DNA of 64,000 nucleotides from Promethearchaeia archaeon (GCA_029856045.1 JAHQWG010000033.1:77885-141884); one strand, 5' to 3'. Shown: positions 1 through 10,438, numbered from the stretch's first letter. Numbers and translations are program-made. The notes: a model not told the origin generated them from the sequence alone.

Positions 1-574
1 CGTAAATTCCAAAAGTTCTAATTTCTTTAAAGCCATTAACTTCAAACATATCTTTCAATTCTTTTATTTCATATCTACGATAATGACCAATAATTTTATC
101 TTGTTGAGTATAATACTTTTTTCGGTGAGGTACAGTAATTACGACAATTCCTTTGGGTTTTATTACCCTACTAATTTCTTTTATGGCAGCTTTATCATTT
201 TTTATATGTTCAAGCACATCTAAAGCAATAATTAAATCAAATTGATTTGCTTGATATGGCAGCTGAACCATATCAACGCAAATTGGATGCATTTTATAAT
301 CAGGTTTATTTTGCAATTTTCTATTTATTGTTATATATTGTTTTAAGGGAGTTATAGCTATATCTAAAAATGATTTATGAATAATCATTTCACAAAAATA
401 AAGAAATGAATCGCCAGAACATCCAATTTCTAAAGCATTAGTAAATTTCCTTTTTGATCCCAAATTTTTAAGAAGTAAATCGAATTTACATCTTATACCT
501 GGAGATAGATAATATTCTGATGATGTTCTCAATGAAAAATTTTTGTGACCTTCATAAAATTCTTTATATTTCAT
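1..574 (-). CDS. Class I SAM-dependent methyltransferase (3' end outside window)
   Basis: Manual translation from ATG at 574: MKYKEFYEGH...ALEIGCSG...DLIIALDVLEHIKND...ISRVIKPKG...VPH...IGHYRRY. Not in the ORF track because it runs off the window edge. Confidence 0.85.
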   Translation of the reverse strand, partial: MKYKEFYEGHKNFSLRTSSEYYLSPGIRCKFDLLLKNLGSKRKFTNALEIGCSGDSFLYFCEMIIHKSFLDIAITPLKQYITINRKLQNKPDYKMHPICVDMVQLPYQANQFDLIIALDVLEHIKNDKAAIKEISRVIKPKGIVVITVPHRKKYYTQQDKIIGHYRRYEIKELKDMFEVNGFKEIRTFGIY

Positions 575-701
575 TATTTACCAAAAAAATTTCCTCTCAA
601 TTAATATAGAAAAATGATATATTAATTTTGTTTAAAATTTTTGATTAATACTAATAATTTTTCCAAAAATTCTTTAACTCTGAGTAATTCATTCAGTTAT
701 A

Positions 702-1571
702 ATGCTAATTGGGGATGAATTTGCTTTTCTTGCGATTTTTTTTGGTCTCGGTATAGGAATTATCGCGTCAATGGTTGGTCTAGGTGGTGGCATTCTAATT
801 ATACCTACTTTTATATTTATTTTTGGATTTCCTGTTAAAGATTCTATTGTTATCTCACTATTCTTTATGACTGGGACAGTAATAAGCGCGTCAATTAGGT
901 ATATGAAATTTAAATTGGTTAATTATAGACTAGCGTTATTATATAGTATTTGGGATGTTCCAGGGGTGATAGTCGGCGGCCTTATTACTTTAGTAGTAAC
1001 TAACAATATTTTAGCTTGTCTTTGTGGCTTAGTAATAATGATTTTGAGTATTTTGCTCTTTAGAAGAAAGGAAATTGAAGTGAGTACTCAGCATATCTCT
1101 AAAAACAATGAATCTATAAATGTATTGCCTAAGAATTCAAATGATAGATTAAAATCAACAACTACAATTAAGGGGAAAAAAAATCGTGTGGAAAGTTTTG
1201 CTTTTGCCTCTTTTAGTTCATTTTCTGGCGGATTAATTTCGGGGCTTGTAGGTTTAGGTGGTGGCACTGTTGATACCACTTCAATGATACTTCTCGATTT
1301 AGAACCAAAAGAAGCTGCTGCTACAGGTACATTAGGTAATATAGTGAGTCCATTTTCTGGATTAGTTGTTCATCTCTTATTGGGCTCTTACACAAGTTCA
1401 TGGTTATGGCCAATTTTAGGGACATTAGGAGGAATTGTTGGTGCTCAAATTGGAGTATATTTAACCTCTCGAGTTAAAGGTAATGTAATACGGAAAATAC
1501 TTGCTTGTTTAGCGTTTTATACGGGAATATTGATGATCTTTTCATTTTTTGGAATAAGTTGGATCCAATAA
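702..1571 (+). CDS. TauE/SafE family (sulfite exporter-like) membrane protein
   Basis: Two GLGGG repeats (MVGLGGG, LVGLGGG) and about 8 TM segments. Confidence 0.9.
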   Translation: MLIGDEFAFLAIFFGLGIGIIASMVGLGGGILIIPTFIFIFGFPVKDSIVISLFFMTGTVISASIRYMKFKLVNYRLALLYSIWDVPGVIVGGLITLVVTNNILACLCGLVIMILSILLFRRKEIEVSTQHISKNNESINVLPKNSNDRLKSTTTIKGKKNRVESFAFASFSSFSGGLISGLVGLGGGTVDTTSMILLDLEPKEAAATGTLGNIVSPFSGLVVHLLLGSYTSSWLWPILGTLGGIVGAQIGVYLTSRVKGNVIRKILACLAFYTGILMIFSFFGISWIQ

Positions 1572-1649
1572 AACTGAATAACAATGATTTAAATTAAATA
1601 ATCCCGTAATAAAGAAATATATCAATAAAAAATATGTGAGTTTTAAATT

Positions 1650-2192
1650 ATGAAGTGTCCTCATTGTGATGCGGAAATAGGCGAGGATTTGGATGAATGT
1701 CCTTTCTGTTATGCTGATTTAACTGCACCTCCAGTTGCACAAGATATCTCTCAGGTAGGTGTATCAACGTTAGATTCATATTCAATTGGTCATGTTGCAA
1801 TGGGTGTAATGGCATGGTTGATTATTTCTTTAGGATATTCTATTTATCAATATTATGGTCTTCCCCCACTTTTTGAATTATGGGTTGTTTTTCTTTTAAC
1901 ATTATTATTTGCCGTTGTTTGGGAATTATTTGAAAATGTTATTCTATTTAAAGCTGGATTAAAATTCGAAAGTCGCAGGGATTCTATACTAAATAGTATT
2001 TGGGATATTCTTTTTGTAGTTTTGGGAGCAGTAATATTCTGGATTTTTTGGTATTTTTATGTAGAAGTAGCTAAAAATGCTGGACGTTGGTATTATTTAA
2101 TTGGCTTTATAACGTTCACACTCTTAGTAATAATCTTTATATTTTCACTCAAATTCATAAAAAAAACTTCTGAAAAGAAGTGGATATCATAA
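1650..2192 (+). CDS. Zinc-ribbon-fused membrane protein (DUF2585/UPF0314-like)
   Basis: N-terminal CPHC...CPFC; membrane domain with SIGH...WELFEN...DSILNSIWDI. Confidence 0.65.
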   Translation: MKCPHCDAEIGEDLDECPFCYADLTAPPVAQDISQVGVSTLDSYSIGHVAMGVMAWLIISLGYSIYQYYGLPPLFELWVVFLLTLLFAVVWELFENVILFKAGLKFESRRDSILNSIWDILFVVLGAVIFWIFWYFYVEVAKNAGRWYYLIGFITFTLLVIIFIFSLKFIKKTSEKKWIS

Positions 2193-2640
2193 CATAAATT
2201 TAATTAATTCTTTTTTATTTTAATTTCCAAATTAATGTTATATGAAAAATTAGATATCTATAACCGAAAAAACTAAAAGATTTGCTTTTTTCTCTAGAAA
2301 TAATTTAAATTTTCTTCATAAATCATATAAAATTTATTTTCCTCTAAATTATGAAAAATTATAAGGATTAATAATGCGTTAATAAACCAACCCATTTTCT
2401 CGAAAAATCGAAAATTATGAATCAAAATAAAAACAAATTTAAAATTCAAAAAAACTTCGATTTTTGTCTGCAGTAAACTTAAAAAAAAATTTTTATATTT
2501 CTTAAGAATTATGGATTATTTTCTTTTTTTCTTTAATTTATTTGAATTTATATAAAAATACTCTATTTTAATTCAATTAATTTTGAAATATAATTACTAT
2601 TTATTCTCTAATCATTTCAAACATTCATATTTTTTGGAGA

Positions 2641-2652
2641 AAAGTTTATATA
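2641..2652 (+). promoter_or_regulatory. Putative BRE-TATA promoter with no adjacent long ORF
   Basis: AAAGTTTATATA about 25-30 nt before the start of the self-complementary element at 2675. Confidence 0.4.
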
Positions 2653-2674
2653 TAGATTGGGATATAGATATAAT

Positions 2675-2816
2675 GTAAGAAATTTTATAAAAAAAAATTG
2701 GAATGCATTGGAAATAATGGATTTTTTGCCATAATTTATTCCTCCGCTAATATTGAATGGTAATTGATCATTAATTTATAATTCCTTTTTCCTCTTGCAT
2801 TCCAATCCTTTCTTAC
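2675..2816. ncRNA. Candidate structured RNA or small-peptide mRNA
   Basis: Nested inverted repeats: GTAAGAAA 2675-82 with TTTCTTAC 2809-16, and ATTGGAATGCA 2697-2707 with TGCATTCCAAT 2796-2806; internal hairpin at about 2710-2742. Confidence 0.45.
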
Positions 2817-3050
2817 TTTCCAGATTTATATTATCGAAATTTTTAATATTATTTAAATATAAAAATTAAAATCCTATTTCAATTTCTTTTAAAATTCTAT
2901 TTAATTTTTAAAGAGTTAATTTGGAAATGTAAGACAATTTTAATAATTTCATTGAAAATTTTTAAAGTACAGATAATTTTGCATTATTATAACTTACATT
3001 TATTCAAATGATTAAAAAAGGAGTCGATAAATATTCGAAAAAGGTTAAAA

Positions 3051-3566
3051 TTGGGTTTAATTCAACTATATTTTGGTAGAGGAAAAGGAAAAACTACTGC
3101 TGCGATAGGTCTCGGCTTACGCGCTTCAGGACATGGATTCAAAGTAAATATGATTCAATTTATGAAAGGAAACACAAAGTACGGAGAATTAAATGCCGTC
3201 AAAGGAATTGAAAATTTTGAAATACACCAGTTTGGAAGAATGGATCTAATAATGGAACCTGAGAAAATTGATATCGAAGAAGGCAAAAAAGCCCTAAAAT
3301 ACGCAGAAGAAATTATTATGAGCGATAACTATGATCTCGTGATACTTGATGAAATTGGAGTTGCTCTTGAAATGCATATAATCAAGATTGATGATGTGAT
3401 GAATTTAATTGAAAAAAAACCTGAAAAAGTTGAATTAATTTTAACTGGTGGGCAAAAAATCCATCCCAAAATAAAAGAAATAGCAGACCTAATAACTGAA
3501 ATGAAGATGGTAAAACATTATTTTTCAACAGATGGAATACAAGCTCGCCTTGGAATTGAATTCTAA
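3051..3566 (+). CDS. cobO: Cob(I)yrinic acid a,c-diamide adenosyltransferase (CobO/BtuR type)
   Basis: GRGKGKTTAA P-loop, QFMKG, LVILDE, ELILTG, C-terminal ARLGIEF. Confidence 0.93.
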   Translation: MGLIQLYFGRGKGKTTAAIGLGLRASGHGFKVNMIQFMKGNTKYGELNAVKGIENFEIHQFGRMDLIMEPEKIDIEEGKKALKYAEEIIMSDNYDLVILDEIGVALEMHIIKIDDVMNLIEKKPEKVELILTGGQKIHPKIKEIADLITEMKMVKHYFSTDGIQARLGIEF

Positions 3567-3598
3567 CTGGAATATTAAAAGGATTACTAATTAACAAA

Positions 3599-4774
3599 AT
3601 GCTATATCATAAACATACCTATTTAATATGGTTATTAAGTCTCTCAACTATTCTAACTTCTTTTTATTTGCTCCAAATTGGAAAATCATATGCTCCAAAT
3701 ATTTCTTTTTTTAATAACAATAATTATTTTCAATTTAATTCTACAAATGCATATAATATAATTGAAACCCAACTTAATTTTGGATTTCGAATTCCAGGAA
3801 CTGAATCTAGTAAAAATTGTGGAGATTATTTTATTGAACACATCAATACAATATCACCCACGCTTCCAATTTTTCAACATAATTTTAGTGTAAATACAAT
3901 AAATTGTCGGAATTTTCTTATAACTATTAATCCCAATAACCCTCGCATAATAATCCTCGGAGCACATTATGATAGTAGAGCAATCTCTGAAAAAGATCCT
4001 ACTGTAGATAAAAGAAATGAACCATGTCCGGGAGCAAATGATGGAGCAAGTGGAGTTGCCACACTCTTGGAATTGATTAGAATTTTCTATGAAAAAAGAG
4101 AATCCCTAAATTGTTCAATATGGATTTTATTATTTGACGCTGAAGACCAAGGTAATGGAGCCTTGTCTGGTTGGGATTGGTGTGAAGGATCAAAAAAATT
4201 TGTTGAAAATATTAATAATTATTATAATCCTGAAACCCAATCAATTGAAGCAATGATTTTGTTAGATATGGTTGGTGGGATAAATTTAGAATTTATTAAT
4301 GAATTGAATTCGAATATGCTATTACTTGGTGAATTATTTGAAATTGGAAGATCTTTAGGATTTTTAGATGCATTCCCATCTGATCCGGTATCTAACGCAA
4401 TAACTGATGATCATTTACCGTTTAAAGAACTTGAAATACCAGTAGCTGATTTGATTATTAACTTTTGGAGTCCATCAAGTCCCTGGCCTTATCATCATAC
4501 AACATCGGATAATATCAGTCATATTTCACTAGGAAGTCTTGAAATAACAGGAAAAACGGTCGAAAAATTTATCTACAATCATTATTTCAACAGCCCCGAA
4601 TATGAAAATGACTCAGGATATTATCCATGGAAAGATATCAATGGAAATTTCAATTTAGATATCACATATTATATTATTTTTTTTGTATTAATTGTTGGAA
4701 TAGGAATTTCACTAATAATTATCAAAAAGAGAAATAAATTTCAAAAACCTAATAATAAGATAAAATTGAAATAA
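3599..4774 (+). CDS. M28 family peptidase (glutaminyl-cyclase-like), secreted, with C-terminal membrane anchor
   Basis: GAHYDS, GANDGASG, FDAED, LLDMVG, DDHLPF, HHTTSD; N-terminal signal and C-terminal TM followed by basic residues. Confidence 0.9.
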   Translation: MLYHKHTYLIWLLSLSTILTSFYLLQIGKSYAPNISFFNNNNYFQFNSTNAYNIIETQLNFGFRIPGTESSKNCGDYFIEHINTISPTLPIFQHNFSVNTINCRNFLITINPNNPRIIILGAHYDSRAISEKDPTVDKRNEPCPGANDGASGVATLLELIRIFYEKRESLNCSIWILLFDAEDQGNGALSGWDWCEGSKKFVENINNYYNPETQSIEAMILLDMVGGINLEFINELNSNMLLLGELFEIGRSLGFLDAFPSDPVSNAITDDHLPFKELEIPVADLIINFWSPSSPWPYHHTTSDNISHISLGSLEITGKTVEKFIYNHYFNSPEYENDSGYYPWKDINGNFNLDITYYIIFFVLIVGIGISLIIIKKRNKFQKPNNKIKLK

Positions 4775-4866
4775 TTCTAATTATTATGATAAATTAAAAT
4801 CGTATTAGTTATACTTTAAATTCCAGAAATTTAATTTTTATTTAAAATGGAATAATTGTTGAGATT

Positions 4867-5619
4867 ATGGAAAATAATAAAAAGATTTCCAATTCTGAAA
4901 ATGGAGAATTGAAGAAAAAAAAGTTATCTAAAAGAATCATAATTGGCATATTAATAGTTGTAATTGGATTTGGAAGCCCTTTTATTATAAATTTCTTAAT
5001 GCAAGCCATTCTTCAAACTCAACACCCACTTGTTGTAGTAGTATCTGATTCTATGAATCCAGCAATTTATCGAGGCGATTTATTGATCTTGCAAGGAAAA
5101 AATCCCATAGATATCGTAAATGGAACAATCGAGGGAAAAAATGGCGATATAATTGTGTATGATGCACATGGGGTATGGGATGAATGGCCAAATGGTCAAG
5201 TTCCGGATGAACCAATAGTTCATAGAATAGTTAATAAATGGTTTGATAATTCTACTGGAAAATGGATGTTCTATACTAAAGGAGATAATGATGTTACAAA
5301 TACTAATATTGACCCACCTGATGGATATTCTCAATTTGATTATAAATATCCAGTTCCAGAAGATAAGATACTTGGTGTTGTTATTGGACGAGTTCCATAT
5401 ATTGGCTATTTTAATATTTTCTTATCAGAAAATAATATATTTCTATATCTGATAATCGGGATTCTTGGCACTTTATTAATAATTTCTGTTTTATGGGATA
5501 TTATAAGCCCCGAAAAAGAGAAAGAGAAAGAAAAAGAATCTAAACTTATAAAGGAAAAAGATAAGGAACGACGATTAAATTCTGAAAAAATCATAATTCA
5601 AGATGAATTTGAAGAATAG
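4867..5619 (+). CDS. Signal peptidase I, archaeal/ER (Sec11-like, S26B)
   Basis: VVSDSMNP, IVHR, TKGDN, G.V...PYIG. Confidence 0.92.
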   Translation: MENNKKISNSENGELKKKKLSKRIIIGILIVVIGFGSPFIINFLMQAILQTQHPLVVVVSDSMNPAIYRGDLLILQGKNPIDIVNGTIEGKNGDIIVYDAHGVWDEWPNGQVPDEPIVHRIVNKWFDNSTGKWMFYTKGDNDVTNTNIDPPDGYSQFDYKYPVPEDKILGVVIGRVPYIGYFNIFLSENNIFLYLIIGILGTLLIISVLWDIISPEKEKEKEKESKLIKEKDKERRLNSEKIIIQDEFEE

Positions 5620-5700
5620 AAGAATAAATTTTTTTGAATTATTTTACATCAATATTGGATATAAAAGAAAAATTTTAAAATTAATATACTTTTTTTGAAT

Positions 5701-5722
5701 ATAATGTTCTTTTGAACATTAT
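5701..5722. promoter_or_regulatory. Perfect inverted repeat upstream of alba (candidate operator)
   Basis: ATAATGTTC-TTTT-GAACATTAT. Confidence 0.45.
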
Positions 5723-5809
5723 TAATTGATTAATAACATAAAAAACTCTGCACACGCAGAATTACTATTAAACAATAAAACGAGAATAAATTAAAGAGAG
5801 GTTAAAAAA

Positions 5810-6094
5810 ATGGCTGGAAATGATCAACAAAATGCTGTCTTCGTTGGACGAAGGCCCACAATGAATTATGTCATGGCTACAATGATGGTACTTAACAGAG
5901 GCGATGAATGCACAGTAAAGGCACGAGGAAGAGCAATTTCTCATGCTGTAGATGTTTGCGAAATCCTTCGCAACCGATTCTTAAAGGGAACAGAATACGG
6001 AGATATTATCTTGGGCACAGAGGAATTAGAAGGTGAAGGTGGGCAAAAAAATAATGTAAGTTCCATCGAAATTACATTGAAACCACCAAAATAA
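5810..6094 (+). CDS. albA: DNA/RNA-binding protein Alba
   Basis: VFVGRRPTMNYV, KARGRAISHAVDV, VSSIEITL; GAGG RBS upstream. Confidence 0.96.
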   Translation: MAGNDQQNAVFVGRRPTMNYVMATMMVLNRGDECTVKARGRAISHAVDVCEILRNRFLKGTEYGDIILGTEELEGEGGQKNNVSSIEITLKPPK

Positions 6095-6140
6095 AATACC
6101 TAAACTAGAAAACGTCGTTACATCGACAATACTTATCTAC

Positions 6141-6151
6141 TTTTTTTTTTT
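6141..6151 (+). terminator. Oligo-T terminator after alba
   Basis: Run of 11 T about 45 nt after the stop codon. Confidence 0.5.
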
Positions 6152-6367
6152 ATTTTAACCCAAAATGATTATTTTAATTAAATCTCTATATTAAATGTTC
6201 ATTTTTAATAAATAGTTATTTGTATCGTAATTAGAATATTTAAATCAAGCCCATCCTGTACAAAATCTCAAACCAGGGGTAATCTCTATATGATAATAAA
6301 AAATTTAGCATAAATTTATAGAAAATATATAAATATGTTTTTATATTTTTTATAATTTATATATAAT

Positions 6368-6697
6368 ATGACAACCCGAACTACAGTAGCAATTGATAAA
6401 GAATTAAGAAAAAGGCTTAGAAAATTATCTGCATGGCTTGATATTACGCAAGCTGAGGTTATTAAACGTGCATTATCATTATTTGAAAAAGAAATTATTC
6501 AAAATATGCAAACACCTAAAAAGCAAAATTATAATAAAAAATCTGAATCCGATATAGAAAAAATACTAAAAGATGCAACAAAAGTTATTTGGGAAAAAGA
6601 CCCAGAAAGAAGGACTTTACAACGGAAATTATCTGCCGGACCTGAAATAATTGATGATTTTATTCTAGATAATTGGTATACGGGATTGGAAGAATGA
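6368..6697 (+). CDS. Ribbon-helix-helix (CopG-like) antitoxin, VapB-like
   Basis: RTTVAIDKELRKRL...QAEVIKRAL; ATGA overlap with the downstream PIN gene. Confidence 0.75.
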   Translation: MTTRTTVAIDKELRKRLRKLSAWLDITQAEVIKRALSLFEKEIIQNMQTPKKQNYNKKSESDIEKILKDATKVIWEKDPERRTLQRKLSAGPEIIDDFILDNWYTGLEE

Positions 6698-7134
6698 TAT
6701 TACAAAACACAACAACAAAATTAGATAAAAATAAAAATTGGTTAGCTCTCGATTCTAACGTATTTAGGAATCTAGATTTTATTAACTTTTTAACTCTAAA
6801 GAAATTAGAGTTTCATATTTTTATGCCTACTATTGTTCAATTAGAAGTGGGATACTATTATAAAGCGCGAGGAATTACATGGGAAGAATTTAAAAAAGAC
6901 ATACAAAAATTTGGTGGCATTTTCATACAATGGGATAATAAATTAATTCCAGAAGCAATTCGATTTGCCTTTATTGAAAAAAAACATCTCCCCTTCAAAA
7001 AACACTTTCGAGATTTTTTAATAGGTGTTGAGTGTAAAAATATTCCCACTCCATTAATTACATATAATAAAAATCATTTTACTTGGTTGAAAGATATTAA
7101 TATCTATACACCAGAAGAATATCTCCACAAATAA
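6694..7134 (+). CDS. PIN-domain toxin, VapC-like (likely start at ATG 6694)
   Basis: LDSNV, VQLEV, FRDFLIG, LITYNKNHF PIN motifs. Confidence 0.85.
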   Translation: MILQNTTTKLDKNKNWLALDSNVFRNLDFINFLTLKKLEFHIFMPTIVQLEVGYYYKARGITWEEFKKDIQKFGGIFIQWDNKLIPEAIRFAFIEKKHLPFKKHFRDFLIGVECKNIPTPLITYNKNHFTWLKDINIYTPEEYLHK

Positions 7135-7273
7135 AACTTAAATAGGGATTAATTTTTTATTTTGATAGATTTTTTTTAAAAAAACCTAATTATAGTAGAT
7201 TTAAAATTAATAATAATTTTAAAATTGATTAGATTATTTCATAAAATAGGTTTTTAAAAGGATTTGAAAAATT

Positions 7274-8416
7274 ATGTCAGAAGAAAAATATAAAAAAGCC
7301 GCAAGAATAATTGTAAAAGCAGGATTTCTTCCTTTTCCAATTAGTGACACTTTACTTGAAATATCGAAGTTATTAATTAATGAAAATGAATTGGATTTAA
7401 TTTTTGCTTTTAAACGGCAAGTTTCTCAAACTATGGAGCAATTAAAAAAGAGTAGCAAAATGGATGTTGATGAAATATTAAAAAATATAGAGTCTTTAGC
7501 CAAAAAGGGTTTAATTTTCGATCAACCAAGTTCTAAAGGTGTTATGGTTTATAGACTACTACCTTTATTGAATGTTGGCGTTTTTGAATATACTTTTATG
7601 AAAAAGCTTGAGTACTCAGAAAAGGAAAAGAAATTTGCAATCTTATTTGAGAAATTATTTAGTGAATATAAAGATTTTGTTCAAGATAATTACGATTCAA
7701 TTGTACCATTTCTTCAGACAATGCCTCCTGTTGATCGTACAATTCCAATAGTAGAAAAAAATGTGGAAGGTAAAGATATTGAAATATCCGTTAATGAAGA
7801 GTTAGAAGCACCCCAGGAAGAAGTCTTGCTCGCACAGAACGTAGAAGAAATAATTAATAAATTTGATGATATTGCGGTTGGATTTTGTTATTGCCGACAT
7901 CATAAAGATTTACTGGGCGATTCGTGCAAAATTAATGCACCACGAGAGAATTGTTTCACTTTTGGAAAGTCAGCTAGATTTACTACTAAACAAGGTTTTG
8001 CTAGAATGGTTACAAAAGAAGAGGCATTAAAAATATTAAGGGAGGCTGAAGAATATGGATTAGTACATAAAGCATTCCATCCACATTCAGATATATATAA
8101 AGCTGAAACTTCAATTTGTAACTGTTGCACTTGCTGCTGTGAAACTTTTGATCAATTTAGGAAAGGTGCTTTGCCTATAATTAATGTAACCAATTATTTA
8201 TCGTGTGTGAATCCTGATCTTTGCATAGGCTGTGGAACATGCATAGAAAAGTGTCCCATTGGTGCAATATCATTAAATGATGAAAATATCGCTGAAGTGA
8301 ATGATTCTTATTGTATTGGATGCGGAATATGCGCTCATTTCTGTCCAGAAACAGCAATATCCTTATTAGAAGGGAGAAGGACTGTTTATATCCCTCCTCC
8401 AAGATTAAAATCTTAA
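7274..8416 (+). CDS. Winged-helix plus 4Fe-4S dicluster (ferredoxin-like) protein
   Basis: CYCRH, CNCCTCCC and two CxxCxxCxxxCP motifs at the C-terminus. Confidence 0.85.
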   Translation: MSEEKYKKAARIIVKAGFLPFPISDTLLEISKLLINENELDLIFAFKRQVSQTMEQLKKSSKMDVDEILKNIESLAKKGLIFDQPSSKGVMVYRLLPLLNVGVFEYTFMKKLEYSEKEKKFAILFEKLFSEYKDFVQDNYDSIVPFLQTMPPVDRTIPIVEKNVEGKDIEISVNEELEAPQEEVLLAQNVEEIINKFDDIAVGFCYCRHHKDLLGDSCKINAPRENCFTFGKSARFTTKQGFARMVTKEEALKILREAEEYGLVHKAFHPHSDIYKAETSICNCCTCCCETFDQFRKGALPIINVTNYLSCVNPDLCIGCGTCIEKCPIGAISLNDENIAEVNDSYCIGCGICAHFCPETAISLLEGRRTVYIPPPRLKS

Positions 8417-8541
8417 TATCATTAAATAAATTTTGTTTTCTTTTTATTTTTAAGAGAAAATATTTACAAATCCAATTATTTAAGATTATTTAGGTTGATT
8501 TTTCCCTTTTGGAATTATTATTTAGAAAGATTCATATAAAA

Positions 8542-8898
8542 TTAATAAAATTGAGTTCGCAACTTAGAAATCAAAAGACCCTTATCCAATACTTGAATAC
8601 CATTGTTTTTTCCAAATTTTTCTGAAAATTCACTAGATTTACTACAAATCATAACTCCCCCCTCAATATCATCAATATCATTGCAAGCTTTATTTAATTG
8701 ACGAATCTGAGTTATTGAGATTTCTCGTTTCCAATCTCGAATAAAGACTCCAAATTTTCCGTTGTCTAATATTAATGCGTCAAATTTCCAAACTTTTCCT
8801 GATTTACCTCGAAATGTTTTTTCTTCATCTATATATCGATAATTCGCAGAAAATAAAATTTTTGCTAATTCTCGCAGGTTTTTATCTTTTAAATCCAA
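8542..8898 (-). CDS. Mrr-like restriction-endonuclease-fold protein, probably degenerate
   Basis: GKSGKVWKFD...FIRDW...ISITQIRQL...F...GIQVLD. Confidence 0.7.
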   Translation of the reverse strand: MDLKDKNLRELAKILFSANYRYIDEEKTFRGKSGKVWKFDALILDNGKFGVFIRDWKREISITQIRQLNKACNDIDDIEGGVMICSKSSEFSEKFGKNNGIQVLDKGLLISKLRTQFY

Positions 8899-9036
8899 TT
8901 CACATGCACATTTTTTTTCTTTTTTAGCGAAATATTGAGATGGTATCTAAATCTAGTTTATTTTTAAAAAATATTTAACATAATATAATATTGAGAAAGT
9001 ATATCAATTTTTGTCGGATTTCCATTTTTTATTAAT

Positions 9037-9246
9037 TTAATCTAACTTGATTAATGAATCATCTCTGATATTTGAATCAATTTCTTTCGAATAATTTTTA
9101 AAAATTTCATCAAAATTTTTTACTAAATTATTTGCTAAGACTTCACATCTATTAGAGAATTCAATTTTTTCTATATCTGTTTCTCGATATCTTTCGATTG
9201 ATAGTATTTTTGCTAATTCTCTCAGATTTTTTTCATTTATATCCAA
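9037..9246 (-). CDS. Small protein sharing its N-terminus with the adjacent Mrr-like protein
   Basis: MDINEKNLRELAKIL versus MDLKDKNLRELAKIL. Confidence 0.6.
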   Translation of the reverse strand: MDINEKNLRELAKILSIERYRETDIEKIEFSNRCEVLANNLVKNFDEIFKNYSKEIDSNIRDDSLIKLD

Positions 9247-9353
9247 TTAAATTTCACAACTTTTAATTTCAATTTGTTAAATATTATTAGTATAGTATCT
9301 AAATCTACATCTGTGGGATATTTAATACATTGTGATATCTGCGGAATATCCTT

Positions 9354-10202
9354 CTAAAAAAAAGCACTAATTTTTATTAGAGGATAATCTCCTTTATTAG
9401 GACCAAATTTTTCTAAATATAAATCCAAGATGCTTTTAAAAAAGTTTATTATATTAATCGCAACTACTTCACAAATATTGTTACAATCAAAGTAATTATC
9501 TAGAAGCAAAGGACATCTTGGATTAAATTTTTTACAATATTTTTTCATTTGGAGTGAAAATCCTTCTGCTTGAAGTGTTTCAAAATAATTCCATGAGTCT
9601 TTGAATCCAGCAAACTCACAAGGCTTTATTTCTTGAAGTCTCTCTTCTAAAGATTTTTTATTGAATTTGAATTTTAAACGGTGTTTTATTTTTTTCAATT
9701 CAATAGCAAATTCTGCTTGACTCCAATTACTATACATCTGGAGTAAAGCTTCAGCTTTTATAACCTTTTCAGGTGAAATTATTCTCCAACCATCTGCTCT
9801 TTTACATTTAATATTTTTATTTTCAAAATTATCAAAATTAGTCGGATATATCCAACACTGAGGAGGTTTAAGACCTGTGGAATGGAGTTTACATCCATTT
9901 ATCTTTTTATCATAGAATGAGCACTTTGCTGTTTTGTCATCAATCCTTATTTGAAATGAAAAAACATCTCCTCTAATAAAATCTTTTTCTTTACCTAATC
10001 TTTGTCTTATAATTTCTTCAGCTAATATTTTTGGGACATCGATAAATATAGAGCAGCAATCAGCATGGCAAATATTTGGGTTTGTACAATCAGGACCTGT
10101 TATTCCCTCTTTCATTAATTTATTGTAATTCCTGATAATTTCTAATATATCCTTTTCAAGGATATTTTGATTTTCTTCTCTATTCAGTTCATTTACTTTC
10201 AA
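9354..10202 (-). CDS. YkgJ-like Cys-cluster (Fe-S/Zn) protein
   Basis: C...CHADCC, CSFY...C..H...KPPQCWIYP. Confidence 0.75.
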   Translation of the reverse strand: MKVNELNREENQNILEKDILEIIRNYNKLMKEGITGPDCTNPNICHADCCSIFIDVPKILAEEIIRQRLGKEKDFIRGDVFSFQIRIDDKTAKCSFYDKKINGCKLHSTGLKPPQCWIYPTNFDNFENKNIKCKRADGWRIISPEKVIKAEALLQMYSNWSQAEFAIELKKIKHRLKFKFNKKSLEERLQEIKPCEFAGFKDSWNYFETLQAEGFSLQMKKYCKKFNPRCPLLLDNYFDCNNICEVVAINIINFFKSILDLYLEKFGPNKGDYPLIKISAFF

Positions 10203-10438
10203 ATTTCTTCATTTATTATAATAAAAGGGGATTAAGCAAAAACATAGCGGTAATTTCTAATATCATTCAAAACGTATCGAAATTAAATTTATTTTGTTTT
10301 TTAATATTAAAAATTATTTAAGAATTCAATTTTTTATTTAAGAATTACTATAAATTATTTATTACATAATTTATATTAAATCTATAAGAAACATCATACA
10401 ATACCCCTAATTAATTAAAATTTTAAGGTATAAGTTAA

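Noticed and set aside
2675-3050. Cobalamin riboswitch upstream of cobO
   Set aside because: No recognisable B12-box or AGGGAA core; retained only as an unknown structured element.
6368-7134. TA pair as a novel defence system
   Set aside because: It appears to be an ordinary VapBC-type module.
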